Positions 1 to 10,651 of a stretch of 64,000 bases of DNA are shown here, one piece after another. Both the position numbers and the translations under genes were made by a program. The number at the start of each line of letters is the position of its first letter. Position 1 is the first letter of the stretch. Source of the DNA: an uncultured cyanobacterium (lineage in GTDB: Bacteria > Cyanobacteriota > Cyanobacteriia > Cyanobacteriales > CAWCAG01); NCBI GenBank assembly GCA_963803805.1, contig CAWDOD010000002.1:1056001-1120000 (forward strand). The letters run 5' to 3'. The notes beneath the pieces are model-generated. The model was given only the letters and a program-made list of their open reading frames with translations. It did no database searches and was not told where the DNA came from.

Positions 1-1666
1 AATTAATTATTTTGATATTTCTACCAATATTATCTTTAGTGCTTTTTTCAATTTTTTGAGAGCTAAGTTTTTGAATTAGCCAACGAACAAATTCATCAAT
101 ACTTCCCTTTAATTTTTCAGCTTCATGTTCTATGCCTGTGATTTTAAAGCCCTTGTATTTTACAGGTTCAACTTTATAAAACTGTTCAATTCTCTTCGCT
201 GTTTTTTCATTATCTGCTACTCCAACACAAACATAGCCAGTTGCATTGGGTGAATGATTAGCCATTGCTGTAAGAGTTTTGATTATTTTATCAAAATTAC
301 CTTGATCAAATTCTCTTTCTCCATCTATTTTTGTAAAACCTTGCTTGAAATCATATAAAGTCTGTTCAGTTTTGGATTTGGTGAGTAAAGTTTCAAACTC
401 TGTTATCCAGCAATCATAAGCAGGATCTTCAGTATTTCTCTTTTTGAAAAACTCTCTAACGATACCTTTTATTTTCTTGATATTGCGTATTTTATTTTGA
501 TAAGACCAAGTAGGACCACTAGGCGTATCTATATCTTTCTTTATATTTTTCAAAGAGTCTATTAAACCATCACAGTCAGATATTTCCATCTTTTCTTCAA
601 CAATTAAATCATAGAAAGCTAGAAAAACTATTTGAAAAGGACGTGGTATGTATTTTAAATTACTTCTGCATATAAGATTATTGAAAGTTTTGTTAGACTC
701 CCTTAATATCTTACGAAGATTATCGTAGATTAAAATAAATTGTTGTTTAATTAAGTCAGGCTCTTTTAACTTCAAAGCAGCTTCTATTTTCTTCTCTTCT
801 TCTATTATTTCCTTTGTATTACCTTTTCTAAATCCATAATAGCCATCTAAAACTGAGGCATTGCTTCTTGGAGTTTCAGATAGTAGCATATAAGCAAGAA
901 TATCAGCTACAATTTCTTCATCTTTTGATTCTCTCAGCATTTCTTTTGTTAATATTTTATTCTTTACCCAAAAGATGTCGTCTACTCTAATACCATATGG
1001 AAGCTTTTTATTAGTTATACTAATCTCTTTCATATTGTTAAGAAGAAGAATATCAGAATCTGATGTGTCAGTTCTTATTTGGGTAGAAATTAGTCTAACT
1101 AAGTTGGCAAATCTAGAAGTTGCACCGGCCGATCTTAGCTCTTGCTTAGATAGATGCTTACCATTAGAGTTAATTCTTCTAAATACTTCGTCAACTTTTT
1201 TGTTATCATCAAATGAATAGACAGAAAGTGGAATAACATAGCTTGCTATTAACTCACAAGACTTTCTTTCAAGAATAGGATGGTTTTGTTCTAAGTTTCC
1301 TTCATCCAAGCAAGATTTAGATTCTACCATGGTTTGTAAATCAAAATACTTACCATTTATATCAAATTCTCCTTCAATAAAAGATACAATAGCGTTTAGT
1401 CTTTGCATCCCATCTATAATCTCAAATATAGGGATATTTTCTTTTTTAGTTTCAGCAAGTAGAATTATAGGTACAGGAAATCCTTGAAGAATTGAATCAA
1501 TGAAAGCCGTTTTCTCTTCAATATTCCAAACCAGCTTCCTCTGATATCTCCTATTAACGAAAAAAACGTTATTTATATAAAAGTTATATATTCTCTGAAC
1601 AGGTTCGCTTCTGATAGAAAGTTCTTTTTGATGACTAGAAGATAAAGATATATTCGGTTTAGACAT
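1..1666 (-). CDS. DUF262 (GmrS/ParB-like) domain protein fused to a C-terminal Schlafen/AlbA_2 domain; 3' end runs off the window
   Basis: Not in the ORF track. Manual translation from ATG at 1666: MSKPNISLSSSHQKELSIRSEPVQRIYNFY...RRYQRKLVW...FIDSILQGFPVP...EIIDGMQRLNAI...EVFRRINSNGKHLS (DUF262 motifs YQR, DGxQRL, FxxINxxG). The same frame near 420-1 gives EQTLYDFKQGF...AMANHSPNATGYVCVGVAD (AlbA_2 E..[ED]FK and A.AN..G....GV.D pattern). Confidence 0.8.
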   Translation of the reverse strand, partial: MSKPNISLSSSHQKELSIRSEPVQRIYNFYINNVFFVNRRYQRKLVWNIEEKTAFIDSILQGFPVPIILLAETKKENIPIFEIIDGMQRLNAIVSFIEGEFDINGKYFDLQTMVESKSCLDEGNLEQNHPILERKSCELIASYVIPLSVYSFDDNKKVDEVFRRINSNGKHLSKQELRSAGATSRFANLVRLISTQIRTDTSDSDILLLNNMKEISITNKKLPYGIRVDDIFWVKNKILTKEMLRESKDEEIVADILAYMLLSETPRSNASVLDGYYGFRKGNTKEIIEEEKKIEAALKLKEPDLIKQQFILIYDNLRKILRESNKTFNNLICRSNLKYIPRPFQIVFLAFYDLIVEEKMEISDCDGLIDSLKNIKKDIDTPSGPTWSYQNKIRNIKKIKGIVREFFKKRNTEDPAYDCWITEFETLLTKSKTEQTLYDFKQGFTKIDGEREFDQGNFDKIIKTLTAMANHSPNATGYVCVGVADNEKTAKRIEQFYKVEPVKYKGFKITGIEHEAEKLKGSIDEFVRWLIQKLSSQKIEKSTKDNIGRNIKIIN

Positions 1667-1732
1667 AAATCATTTCCTTAACAAGCAAAAGAAAAACCAC
1701 ATAATACTATAACGAACCTATAAACTTGATGC

Positions 1733-2521
1733 CTAAAGAGAAACTTCTTCAATCTCTGCGATAGAAGTTAACCAATCTTCTTTGCTTAAAGATAATTTAG
1801 TTTCTGAAGTACGGTTACACCGTGCTGCAAAATGACAGTATTGGCATTCTCCTTTAGATTCTGGCACTTGAGGAAAAGGAATTCCTTTACTGAGATAATT
1901 ATTTAACCAAACATCAAGTTGAGTAAGTAAAGTAATTAAATCTTGTTCCGTTTGTTCGTGCTGTGCTTGACTATATTGAAAGGTCAGAGATTGAGGTTTT
2001 CTCGGTAATTTCACAAACCAGTAAGTTAAAGAAACTTGTTCTGGTAAATAATCAGAAGTTTCCACTAACAAATATAAATATAAGCGGGTTTGCCAATTTT
2101 TTCTTAATACTTCTTGGTTTTCTGGTTGTAAATACGTCTTCCAATCAAGAATTTGTCCTCGATCTGTTTCGGCAATTAGTAAGTCATAAATAACACTTAA
2201 TAAATACCCTTGAAAGTTCAAAGTACGATAATGTTCTGCTTCTCGCCAAACTTGAGAATTAAGAGCAAAAATTTCTGGGGCAGCTTCGATTAACGCATGG
2301 ATAGAGGACTTAAGTTGTTGATCTTCTGTAAACAAAGCTTCAATGGGTAAGCCTAACTCCCTTTGCTGCATTAAGGTATGAAAACGATTTCCCCAAGTAA
2401 CTTTGTCTTGTTGCTCTGGACTCAAAGGAAAATTTAACCCGTCGAAATAAGTGTGTTGAAATTTACGAGGACAGGTATTTAGTAAGTTGAGTTGCCCTTG
2501 GGAAAGACGAGTTAATATCAT
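1733..2521 (-). CDS. PD-(D/E)XK nuclease family protein (AddB/Cas4-like, probable Fe-S staple)
   Basis: YDLL...ILDWKT nuclease motif, WQTRLY, an N-terminal Cys (TCPRKF) and a C-terminal CQYCHFAARC. Confidence 0.8.
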   Translation of the reverse strand: MILTRLSQGQLNLLNTCPRKFQHTYFDGLNFPLSPEQQDKVTWGNRFHTLMQQRELGLPIEALFTEDQQLKSSIHALIEAAPEIFALNSQVWREAEHYRTLNFQGYLLSVIYDLLIAETDRGQILDWKTYLQPENQEVLRKNWQTRLYLYLLVETSDYLPEQVSLTYWFVKLPRKPQSLTFQYSQAQHEQTEQDLITLLTQLDVWLNNYLSKGIPFPQVPESKGECQYCHFAARCNRTSETKLSLSKEDWLTSIAEIEEVSL

Positions 2522-2844
2522 TGAGCATTAAATTGAGCATTAAATGGAATAGGGAATAGTCACTCTTTCAACAGAAAATAGAGGTTTTGAGAAATTCCCT
2601 AGGTAACTTCCAATTTGTTAAATCGCCTTCTAGCGATGAAAGAGCAAGTATATATATACTAATTTTATAGCTTCTCTTTTAGGCATTTCAATTATGATGG
2701 TTCCAAGACATTCCTAAGTAAAAAAAATATCGAGTACTTTTACTTAAAACCCTAATTACAATGTAGTTTAAGATACTAAAAATCTCTCTAATTTGCCAAT
2801 TTAGAAATTTCTATAAATATTGGCTATTTGTTAGTAATTTATTA

Positions 2845-3432
2845 TTATTTCTCTTTCGTTAGGACGAAGACACTCCCCTCATTTCCTCTGCCTACACGCA
2901 GATCCTCATCAAGATAAGTAATATCCAACCAACCCTGTTGTTCACGGCTTTTGATACTAAAGTCAAGAGGAGAGAACTTTTGTCCAGTCTCAATTTGCTC
3001 AATAAACTCGTTGACTGATTGATAGTTAAGTAAGCGCTGTAGCCCAATTATAGAGCGTTCAAACCTAACATTTACCCGATACTCAGAGACTGGTGTGAAA
3101 CCCGCTACTACAGAAACTAATCCTTCTAAAAAGGGTATTCCCATCACCTCAGCAATATTGTAAACTCTAGCTCTAGAGGTGCGGATACATTGATAAATCT
3201 GACCAAGTTGCAGTAAGGGGAAGCGATCTAAACCCAATAGACTGTTACTGGTGGTATAAAGTAGCCTCCAGTTCCCTTCTAAGAGTTCGCTAGCCTCTAT
3301 AGGGTTGGGAGTAGGATTAGTATCCTCTAGCTGAGATACTGCTGAAAGAATAGCCGCTTTGTCTATTTCGGTAGCCAGTAAGCCACGGTTTTTGCCAGCG
3401 ATCGCCCCTAGTAACTCAGCTTTTTTGCTCAC
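2845..3432 (-). CDS. PAP/fibrillin family protein
   Basis: NPTPNP...LLEGNWRLLYTT, GWLDITYLDEDLRVGRGNEGSVFVL. Confidence 0.9.
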   Translation of the reverse strand: MSKKAELLGAIAGKNRGLLATEIDKAAILSAVSQLEDTNPTPNPIEASELLEGNWRLLYTTSNSLLGLDRFPLLQLGQIYQCIRTSRARVYNIAEVMGIPFLEGLVSVVAGFTPVSEYRVNVRFERSIIGLQRLLNYQSVNEFIEQIETGQKFSPLDFSIKSREQQGWLDITYLDEDLRVGRGNEGSVFVLTKEK

Positions 3433-3712
3433 TGTTTTTTCTCAGAAATGGAATACCCGATAAGCCTTCTTTAGCAATCTACTTTTGGGTAGTTTAAGCT
3501 ATAGTGCTGCTCATTATCTTCTATCTATCGGAGCTAATTTGCAACGATACTTTAAGTTTTATCCCAAAGATAAACTTTTTTCCCCGATTTCTCTAACACA
3601 ACTATGTAGATGAGAATCATATGGTACATCGGGGTTGCTCTAAGGGAGTTTAATGGTAAACTCTACTGTATTTAACTGTTACGATTCTTAAATTAGTAAA
3701 CCTAACTACCTG

Positions 3713-3949
3713 ATGCACAATCCTTCTTTAACTCAAGAAACTCGTTACGAACCAGCGAAAGTTATTCCCCTCAAGCAAGAATTTTCTTTATTAGATTGGT
3801 TGGAAGCCAACGGGCGTTTAATAGCGAGGGACGATAATGCTGGGAAAGTTTTACCAGATAGCGATGAAGAAATATCGGATCTTATGGAGAACGATGACCC
3901 TGACTTTGACGATGACGATGATGATGATGAAGAAGATTTGGAAGATTAA
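3713..3949 (+). CDS. DUF3134-type small cyanobacterial protein with acidic tail
   Basis: NPSL...RYEPAKVIPL...SLLDWLEANGRLIAR; lies directly upstream of mraY. Confidence 0.7.
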   Translation: MHNPSLTQETRYEPAKVIPLKQEFSLLDWLEANGRLIARDDNAGKVLPDSDEEISDLMENDDPDFDDDDDDDEEDLED

Positions 3950-4070
3950 GCTACATCCTTAGTTGATGGTAGTTTAATCAATTTTGTTCCAGAATTTTAC
4001 TGGGCATCATAACCATGGTGTAGTTCAAGCAAAAAGTATTGAGATTTATTGGTGTTGAGTGAGTTGAGTT

Positions 4071-5164
4071 GTGGACGCTAAATTTTTTACAAGATCACCT
4101 TTAAGGATATCCGGAGCAACCCTGTTAGCTTTATTAGCCTTTTTGTTAACCCTGTTTGCAATTATCTTTGATTGGGCTGTTGCTCCTTACCTAGATGCTA
4201 GGATGTCGATGTTTGTGCCTTTAGGAATTTGCGCTTTAGTCAGTGCTGCTTTAGGTTATTGGGCAGTGCCTCTGTTACAGGATTTGAAAACAGGGCAGAT
4301 TATTCGTGAAGATGGGCCTCAAGCTCATTTAAAGAAGGCAGGAACCCCAACAATGGGAGGAGCCTTTTTTATTCCTGTGGCAGTGTTGTTTGCCTTGATT
4401 TTGTCTAGCTTTAACCCAGATGTAATTGCCGTTTCAGTAGTTACCTTGGCTTATGCAGCTATTGGTTGGGTAGATGATTGGCAAGTACTAAAACACAAGT
4501 CTAATAAAGGTATATCCCCGAAGATGAAACTGGCACTGCAAATTGCTTGTGCTATAATCTTTTGCCTTTGGCTGTCGGTCACAAAGTCCCCTGAATTTAC
4601 TGATTTGAGACTACCTTTAGGTATAATCATTCCCCTCGGAGCAATGTTTTGGCCTCTAGCAGGATTTGTGATGGTTGCTGAGAGTAATGCTACAAACTTA
4701 ACTGACGGAGTAGACGGACTAGCCGCAGGGACAGGAGCGATCGCTTGTCTAGGGTTAGGAGCAATGGTAGCTTCTAACTCTCCTGGTTTAGCAATTTTCT
4801 GTGTTTGCTTGAGCGGCGCTTGTCTAGGCTTTGTGGTACATAATCGCAACCCTGCAACGGTTTTTATGGGAGATACTGGCTCTTTAGCTTTAGGTGGTGC
4901 TTTGGCTGCTGTGGGAATCATTAGCCAAAACATCTGGGGTTTATTTATTATCAGTGGAATTTTCTTCATTGAATCGTTATCAGTAATCGCCCAAGTAGGT
5001 TACTACAAAGCAACTAAAGGCCCGGATGGCAAAGGAAAGCGCTTGTTGAGAATGGCTCCTTTGCACCATCATTTAGAATTGGGGGGTTCGCTGAAACTAA
5101 TATTGTTGGTGTATTTTACTTGATTAGTTCTGGATTGGTTATTTTACCTCTTATATTCTTTTAA
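4071..5164 (+). CDS. mraY: Phospho-N-acetylmuramoyl-pentapeptide transferase; apparent 1-nt deletion in the G run at 5081-5086, true end probably 5164
   Basis: KAGTPTMGG, DD motif, NATNLTDGVDGLA, FMGDTGSLALG, MAPLHHHLEL. Adding one G restores ...LELGGFAETNIVGVFYLISSGLVILPLIFF*, the typical MraY tail. Confidence 0.92.
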
Positions 5165-5197
5165 AGTTATTAGATTGCGTCTGCATTAATTTACGAG

Positions 5198-5228
5198 GAG
5201 GGAATTGGATTAATCCAGTTCCCTCTTT
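5198..5228 (+). terminator. Probable intrinsic terminator after mraY
   Basis: GAGGGAATTGGAT-TA-ATCCAGTTCCCTC hairpin followed by TTT. Confidence 0.65.
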
Positions 5229-5561
5229 AGTTATTAATATTGGTATCTGTTGCAAGAATTACTACAATAGATTTGATTGGAAATAGTGGAGAAAACTTCA
5301 AGAAATAGCCCTATTTCTATCATGTCTATCTATGCCTTGTTACAGATTTGTCTTTCCATATCCCTATTCCTTTCGACTTAAATTAGTAGCTAAAAGGTTT
5401 AGGAAAGTTTCTATTGAAAAAATCTAAGTTAGACTACCATAGTTGATGGTTTGAGGAACAAAATAATCTGCCCATGACTCTTAGTTGTTAAAGAAAAAAA
5501 GCAGTTTGAAATTTATTTTTGAACCATTTAATCGCCCGGTTAGTGAGTAGATGCACGTAAT

Positions 5562-6560
5562 ATGCCCATAGATGTAACTATAGCCATTTGTACTTATAAC
5601 GGTGCTAAAAGGTTCCCTCAAGTCTTAGAAAAGCTGAAGCTTCAAAAGGGCATAGAGGGGATTAACTGGGAAATTCTTGTAGTTGATAACAACAGTAGTG
5701 ATGATACTCTCAAGATAGTCAAAAACCACCAAGAAAATTGGTCACAGAAATGTCATCTAAGATACCTTTTTGTTCCTCAACAAGGATTAGCAATCGCTAG
5801 GCAAAAAGCTGTAGAAGAAGCAAAGGGAGAATTAATAGGTTTTCTTGATGATGATAATTTACCCCATCTCCATTGGGTAGCAGCAGCCTATAGCTTTGGT
5901 CGCAATTATCCTCAAGCAGGAGCCTATGGTAGTCGGATTTATGGAGAATTTGAAACTTCTCCTCCAGATAATTTCCAGCGTATTGCTGCCTTCCTTGCTC
6001 TTACGGATTGAGGTTCACAGGTAAGGCTTTACTACCCTGAAAAAAAAGTTTTGCCTCCAGGAGCAGGTTTAGTAGTGCGTAAACAAGCTTGGCTAGCAAG
6101 CGTACCCAAAAATTGTTTTTTACAGGGGAGAGTGGCTGGTTGTCAGCTACCAGGAGAAGATTTAGAAGCCTTACTGCATATTCAAAAAGCCGATTGGGAA
6201 ATCTGGTATAACCCCAAAATGCAAGTTGATCATCAAATTCCTCAACATCGTTTAGAAAAAGAGCAATTACTTAATCTCTGTCGGGGAGTCGGTCTTAGTC
6301 GCTATCATACCCGAATGCTGAGTTTTTCAAGTTGGCAGTGGCCTTTTGTTTTTCCTCTTTATGTAATCAACGATCTGCGTAAGCTAATAGCTCATTTTTT
6401 CAAGTATGGCAAACAAATTAAAAGCGATACCGTAACAGCTTGCGAAATGGAGTTAATTGTCGGCAGCTTGATAAGTCCTTTTTACCTTGGTAAACAGTAT
6501 TTAAAACAAAACTTAGTAAATGGTGGTTTTGGAAGGGGAAATCTATGGATTTTACGGTGA
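5562..6560 (+). pseudogene. HpsE-like GT2 glycosyltransferase interrupted by an in-frame TGA at 6009-6011
   Basis: ORFs 5562-6011 and 6051-6560 are in one frame: ...LALTD*GSQVRLYYPEKKVLPPGAGLVVRKQAW. It is colinear with the adjacent paralogue (AIYNRGPK...PAAPGSVIRKQAW), which has Arg at this position. Confidence 0.75.
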
Positions 6561-7522
6561 CAATTTGTACCTATAACGGAGCAAAACGTATCCCAGCGGT
6601 TTTAGAACATTTACAGAATCAGGTTGGTACAGAAAAGTTGCAGTGGGAAGTTATTGTGGTTGATAATAACAGCCAAGATAACACTGCTGGAATAGTGACA
6701 GAATATCAAAAGCAATGGCGAGAAGATTGTCAATTAAGGTATATTTTTGAGGGGCAACAAGGAGTTTCTTTTGCCCGAAATCGCGCCGTCAAAGAAGCGA
6801 AAAGTCATAGTTTGATTGGTTTTTTGGATGATGATAACCTTCCTGACCGTAATTGGGTAGCCCAAGCTTATTATTTTGGTCAAGAACATCCTCAAGCGGG
6901 AGCCTATGGTGGTATTATTCATGCCAAGCTAGACGAAACTCCACCCCCTTATTTCTCTCAAATAAAACTATTTTTCGCTATTTATAATCGTGGACCTAAA
7001 GCTTTTCAATACAAACGTAATGCTAAACCTCGACGCATCCCCGCAGCCCCAGGTTCAGTAATTAGGAAGCAAGCTTGGCAAGAATGTGTAGCCGACAAAC
7101 TCTTTTTGATGGGTAGAGACGAAGCGAAAAAAACTTTGCTTGGTGCTTGCGAAGATTTAGAAGTTATGTACCGTATTCAAAACAGTAACTGGGAAGTGTG
7201 GCATAACCCGAAGATGGAGATTTGGCATCACATTCCCAGCAGAAGGTTAGAAGCAGGATATTTACAAAAGGTAGCTTATACTTCCGGACTTTCTAATCAT
7301 TTATTACGCTTAGTTAGATTGCAGCCTTGGCAAAAACCTTTGATGATCTTTTTGCTACCTTTATACTTAGCTTCAGATGCTTATAAAGTTGGTTCTTACT
7401 ATTTGAAGCATAGAGATTTACTAGCAGAAGATATTAGTAAAGCTTGTGAGTTGCAATCTAGATTGGGCAAACTCTTAAGCCCTTTTGTTAGCTTGATCTT
7501 TATTGCTAGTGTTTTGAACTAA
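6545..7522 (+). CDS. GT2 glycosyltransferase, HpsE-like (hormogonium polysaccharide family)
   Basis: DFTVTICTYNGA, VVDNNSQD, FLDDDNLP, EDLE, WHNPKM. Confidence 0.85.
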   Translation: MDFTVTICTYNGAKRIPAVLEHLQNQVGTEKLQWEVIVVDNNSQDNTAGIVTEYQKQWREDCQLRYIFEGQQGVSFARNRAVKEAKSHSLIGFLDDDNLPDRNWVAQAYYFGQEHPQAGAYGGIIHAKLDETPPPYFSQIKLFFAIYNRGPKAFQYKRNAKPRRIPAAPGSVIRKQAWQECVADKLFLMGRDEAKKTLLGACEDLEVMYRIQNSNWEVWHNPKMEIWHHIPSRRLEAGYLQKVAYTSGLSNHLLRLVRLQPWQKPLMIFLLPLYLASDAYKVGSYYLKHRDLLAEDISKACELQSRLGKLLSPFVSLIFIASVLN

Positions 7523-7525
7523 GAA

Positions 7526-8701
7526 ATGAAAATAGCTTATCTTAGTGAGTTTAATATTTTAGATCCTATGGCTCGAAGTGACCATCATCCCAAAGCAGTA
7601 GGGCAAAGGGAAAGATGCTATCAAGCCAGTAAAGCTTTACAGCGTAGTTCTACAACTGTTAATTATATTACTTCCTTAGAAACAAAAGAAGCCATAGTAC
7701 CCAAACTAAAGTGGCGATTTTATCAAAAATTTTTGCGAAAAAACTATCTCTCTTGGGCAGATCCTCAAGTGGGCGAATACTACGCAGCCCAGATTAAAAC
7801 CAAGTTAAATCACCTAGGAGATACAGACATTATTGTCGCCCCAGATATTAATCTGATTGCTTATTTAGATTACCCTCTGCCGATTGTTTTATGGACAGAT
7901 TCTCTCTATACCGGGTTAATTGATGCTTATTCAGATTACAGTAATTTGTGTAGAGAAAGTTTCAATCATTTAACAATGATGGATAGGCAGGCTTTAAGTC
8001 GTTGTCAGCTAGCTATTTTTTCCTCTGGTTGGGCAGCTAATTTAGCCCAAAAACATTATCAACTTCGGGATCATCAAGTTGAAGTTGTTCCTACAGGAAC
8101 TAATTTAGAACTTAATCATACAGTAGATAATATTAATAAAATTATTGAGGCGCGCTCTTCCCAAGTCTGCAAGTTACTATTTGTTGGTGCAGATTGGGAA
8201 AGGAAAGGGGGAGATGTGGCTATACGAGTTGTTAAAAAGCTCAATCATTTAGGAGTTAACTCAGAATTAACAATTGTGGGATGTAAACCACCAGATCATA
8301 AATCCTTACCGGAGTTTATTAAAGTAGCTGGTTTTATCAAAAAATCCGTCCCTTCTGGTCAAGAAAAATTAGCTCAGTTCTATCGAGAAGCCCATTTTCT
8401 GATTCTACCGACTAAAGCCGATTGTACTCCAGCTACCATCAGAGAAGCAAGCTTTTTTGGCTTACCTAGTCTTTCAACTAAAGTAGGGGGCATTCCTACG
8501 TTAATTAAAGATGATTACAATGGCAAAACCTTTTCCCTAGAAGCAGACATTGCTGAATACTGTGATTATGTTCGTGACGTTTTTGCTAATTACCCTCAAT
8601 ATAAAGAACTTGCCCGTTGCTCCTTTAAGGAATATCAATCAAAATTGAGTTGGAATGTAGCGGGAGAAAAGGTGGTTAGACTTTTACAAACTTGCTTATA
8701 A
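7526..8701 (+). CDS. GT4 family glycosyltransferase
   Basis: LLFVGADWERKGG, ADCTPATIREASFFGLP...VGGIP GT-B motifs. Confidence 0.85.
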   Translation: MKIAYLSEFNILDPMARSDHHPKAVGQRERCYQASKALQRSSTTVNYITSLETKEAIVPKLKWRFYQKFLRKNYLSWADPQVGEYYAAQIKTKLNHLGDTDIIVAPDINLIAYLDYPLPIVLWTDSLYTGLIDAYSDYSNLCRESFNHLTMMDRQALSRCQLAIFSSGWAANLAQKHYQLRDHQVEVVPTGTNLELNHTVDNINKIIEARSSQVCKLLFVGADWERKGGDVAIRVVKKLNHLGVNSELTIVGCKPPDHKSLPEFIKVAGFIKKSVPSGQEKLAQFYREAHFLILPTKADCTPATIREASFFGLPSLSTKVGGIPTLIKDDYNGKTFSLEADIAEYCDYVRDVFANYPQYKELARCSFKEYQSKLSWNVAGEKVVRLLQTCL

Positions 8702-8704
8702 ATC

Positions 8705-10500
8705 TCAAATAGATTCAGCAGCTTTGAGAAGACAATCTGCTTCTAAAAGAATCAATTCTTTTTCCCGCCAAATTGTACACTCTCTTATAATACTAACTAA
8801 AGCAGGAGTATTGCCTAACTTGATATTTTCCCTTGCTTCTTTAACAAAATTAGGAAGTTGATCATCCTCGAATCCTGGTTGCAAAAATTGTTTTAGCAAA
8901 CGTGAGTCTCGGAAATACTGACTCGTAAAAGCCGACTCATCAAGTAACCAGAAATCCACATCATACTTTTTAATAAACCTAGCTACTGTGCTAATATCCT
9001 GGCTATATTGTGCCTGAATTAAATCCCCCATACGCTGGCGAAACTGTTGGTAATAACCAGATTGATAAGGATTAGAATATTCTCCAGCAATGAGGACTGA
9101 TCTAAGGGCATAGGTTGGTATATTGTTAGCTTCTTTTGCTAGAGAGGCCACCATAATGTCTTTGGGCTGCTGATTTAATAACTGATAGAGTGAGGGAACT
9201 TCCCCAACGTGGTAATTGTTATTTGTTAATGAGTTATAGTTCTTGACTTTAATGATTACTGGATAAGTAACAAGCAAAGCCACAACAACTAATACAGCTA
9301 TAACACTAGCCCCTTGAGGTAATCCAACTTTTCTCTGGCATAACTGTAAGACTTTATCTAATAATATGAGCAGTACAAAACTGGCGAGAATTGGAGTGAT
9401 AATCCTCAGACTATGTTGGGTAAAGCGGCTTGGTAAATATAACTTGAATAGTAAAGTGTGGGCGGCGAAATACCAAAAAAGGGAAACAATAACTAGTTGA
9501 GGAATGAGAAGGATTTTTGGGGTAAACTTTTTAGTTAGAGGAAAAAAAGCAGAGAAAGCAAATAAGATAGGCAGAAATAAACTAAGTAAGAAAACCAAGA
9601 AAAAGTATTTGTTAGGCCATAGATACCATTCTGACGGTAATATGCCACTGCGAAGCCCCCAAATCCAGAATTGTTGCGGGGTATCTAAGAAAAAGGCTTT
9701 CCTGCCCTGGGGCCTAATTCTGGTAGTTGTTGAGCCTCTGCTAGGGTTAAGGTTGGTCCAAATTCTGAAGTTCCTAATAGGTAAGGTAACAGCATAGCTA
9801 CGGTTACCCCAATACCTAAAGCGACGAGGATGTAAGTACGACGGTCATGAGAAAACTTAGGGGGCCAACTACGCCAATTAACTAGTTGTAGTAATAACAT
9901 CCCCGCTACTATTAACATCGGAGGAGGGTAAAACAAACCTAGCAAAATAATAGAAGCAGTTAGAGGAATTAAAGAACGACGGAGTAAATAATAAAGAAAG
10001 GCCAGAAGAAAGGGATATAAAAAAGCCCTGGGAGTGCCAGAGATAATATCCTCATGTCCCCACAGATTTTGATTCATAAGCACAGTTGCTACGAATCCTG
10101 CTACGGGAATAGGTAGCATTTCTAGGCAAATACCAAAACAATATGCTGTAGTTGCTATTCCCAATAAAATAGGGATAAACTGATTAAATAACAATGGCTT
10201 AATCCCTAGCCATGCTACCAAACGGTAGAGAGATTTGAAGCCAAGTGGTACAGCAGTTTGATGATAATCAGCAATAAGATCATTAGGAAAAAGTTCTGGA
10301 TCAAGGAATCGTTGCATCCAGAAAATATGCTGCCTGGTATCATCATGAACGATATATTGATAATCAAAAGTCTGTTGTACAGCAGCGAAACTAATGATAG
10401 TACCAATAACTAAACTTAAGCAGAACCAGAAAATCACTGAGGAATTAGCTAAATTAAGTTTAGGAGTTATTAGTTTTGCTTGTATATATCGAGGCAACAT
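8705..10500 (-). CDS. Polytopic membrane protein, GT-C-like; split by an apparent 1-nt deletion in the G run at 9709-9712
   Basis: ORFs 9685-10500 and 8705-9598 join with +1 nt into ...ELGPQGRKAFFLDTPQQFWIWGLRSGILPSEW..., colinear with paralogue 10652-12418 (EFSEEGRTRLFINDPIEFWLYGGRTGFFPVEW). DDTRQH motif after TM1. Confidence 0.75.
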
Positions 10501-10651
10501 AAAAACAATTAAATTATGATGATTAAGTTATTTTTGGTGTTTGGTAAACTCCCAAAATTCAAGATAGCAACTATATTAATTTGAAAATCAACCAAAAAGA
10601 TAGAACTTTAGTAATATATTTTCAATTTCTCAAAAAAAAATATAATATCTT

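Noticed and set aside
975-1220. 81-aa plus-strand ORF
   Set aside because: Antisense shadow of the DUF262-Schlafen gene
4451-4969. 172-aa minus-strand ORF, and similar antisense ORFs inside ctpC, ftsZ, thrC-like, lipA, the cyclase and the WD40 gene
   Set aside because: They fully overlap well-supported genes on the opposite strand or in another frame, and show no motifs
6009-6011. Selenocysteine recoding of the in-frame TGA
   Set aside because: The aligned residue is Arg, not Cys, and no SECIS-like hairpin is evident just downstream
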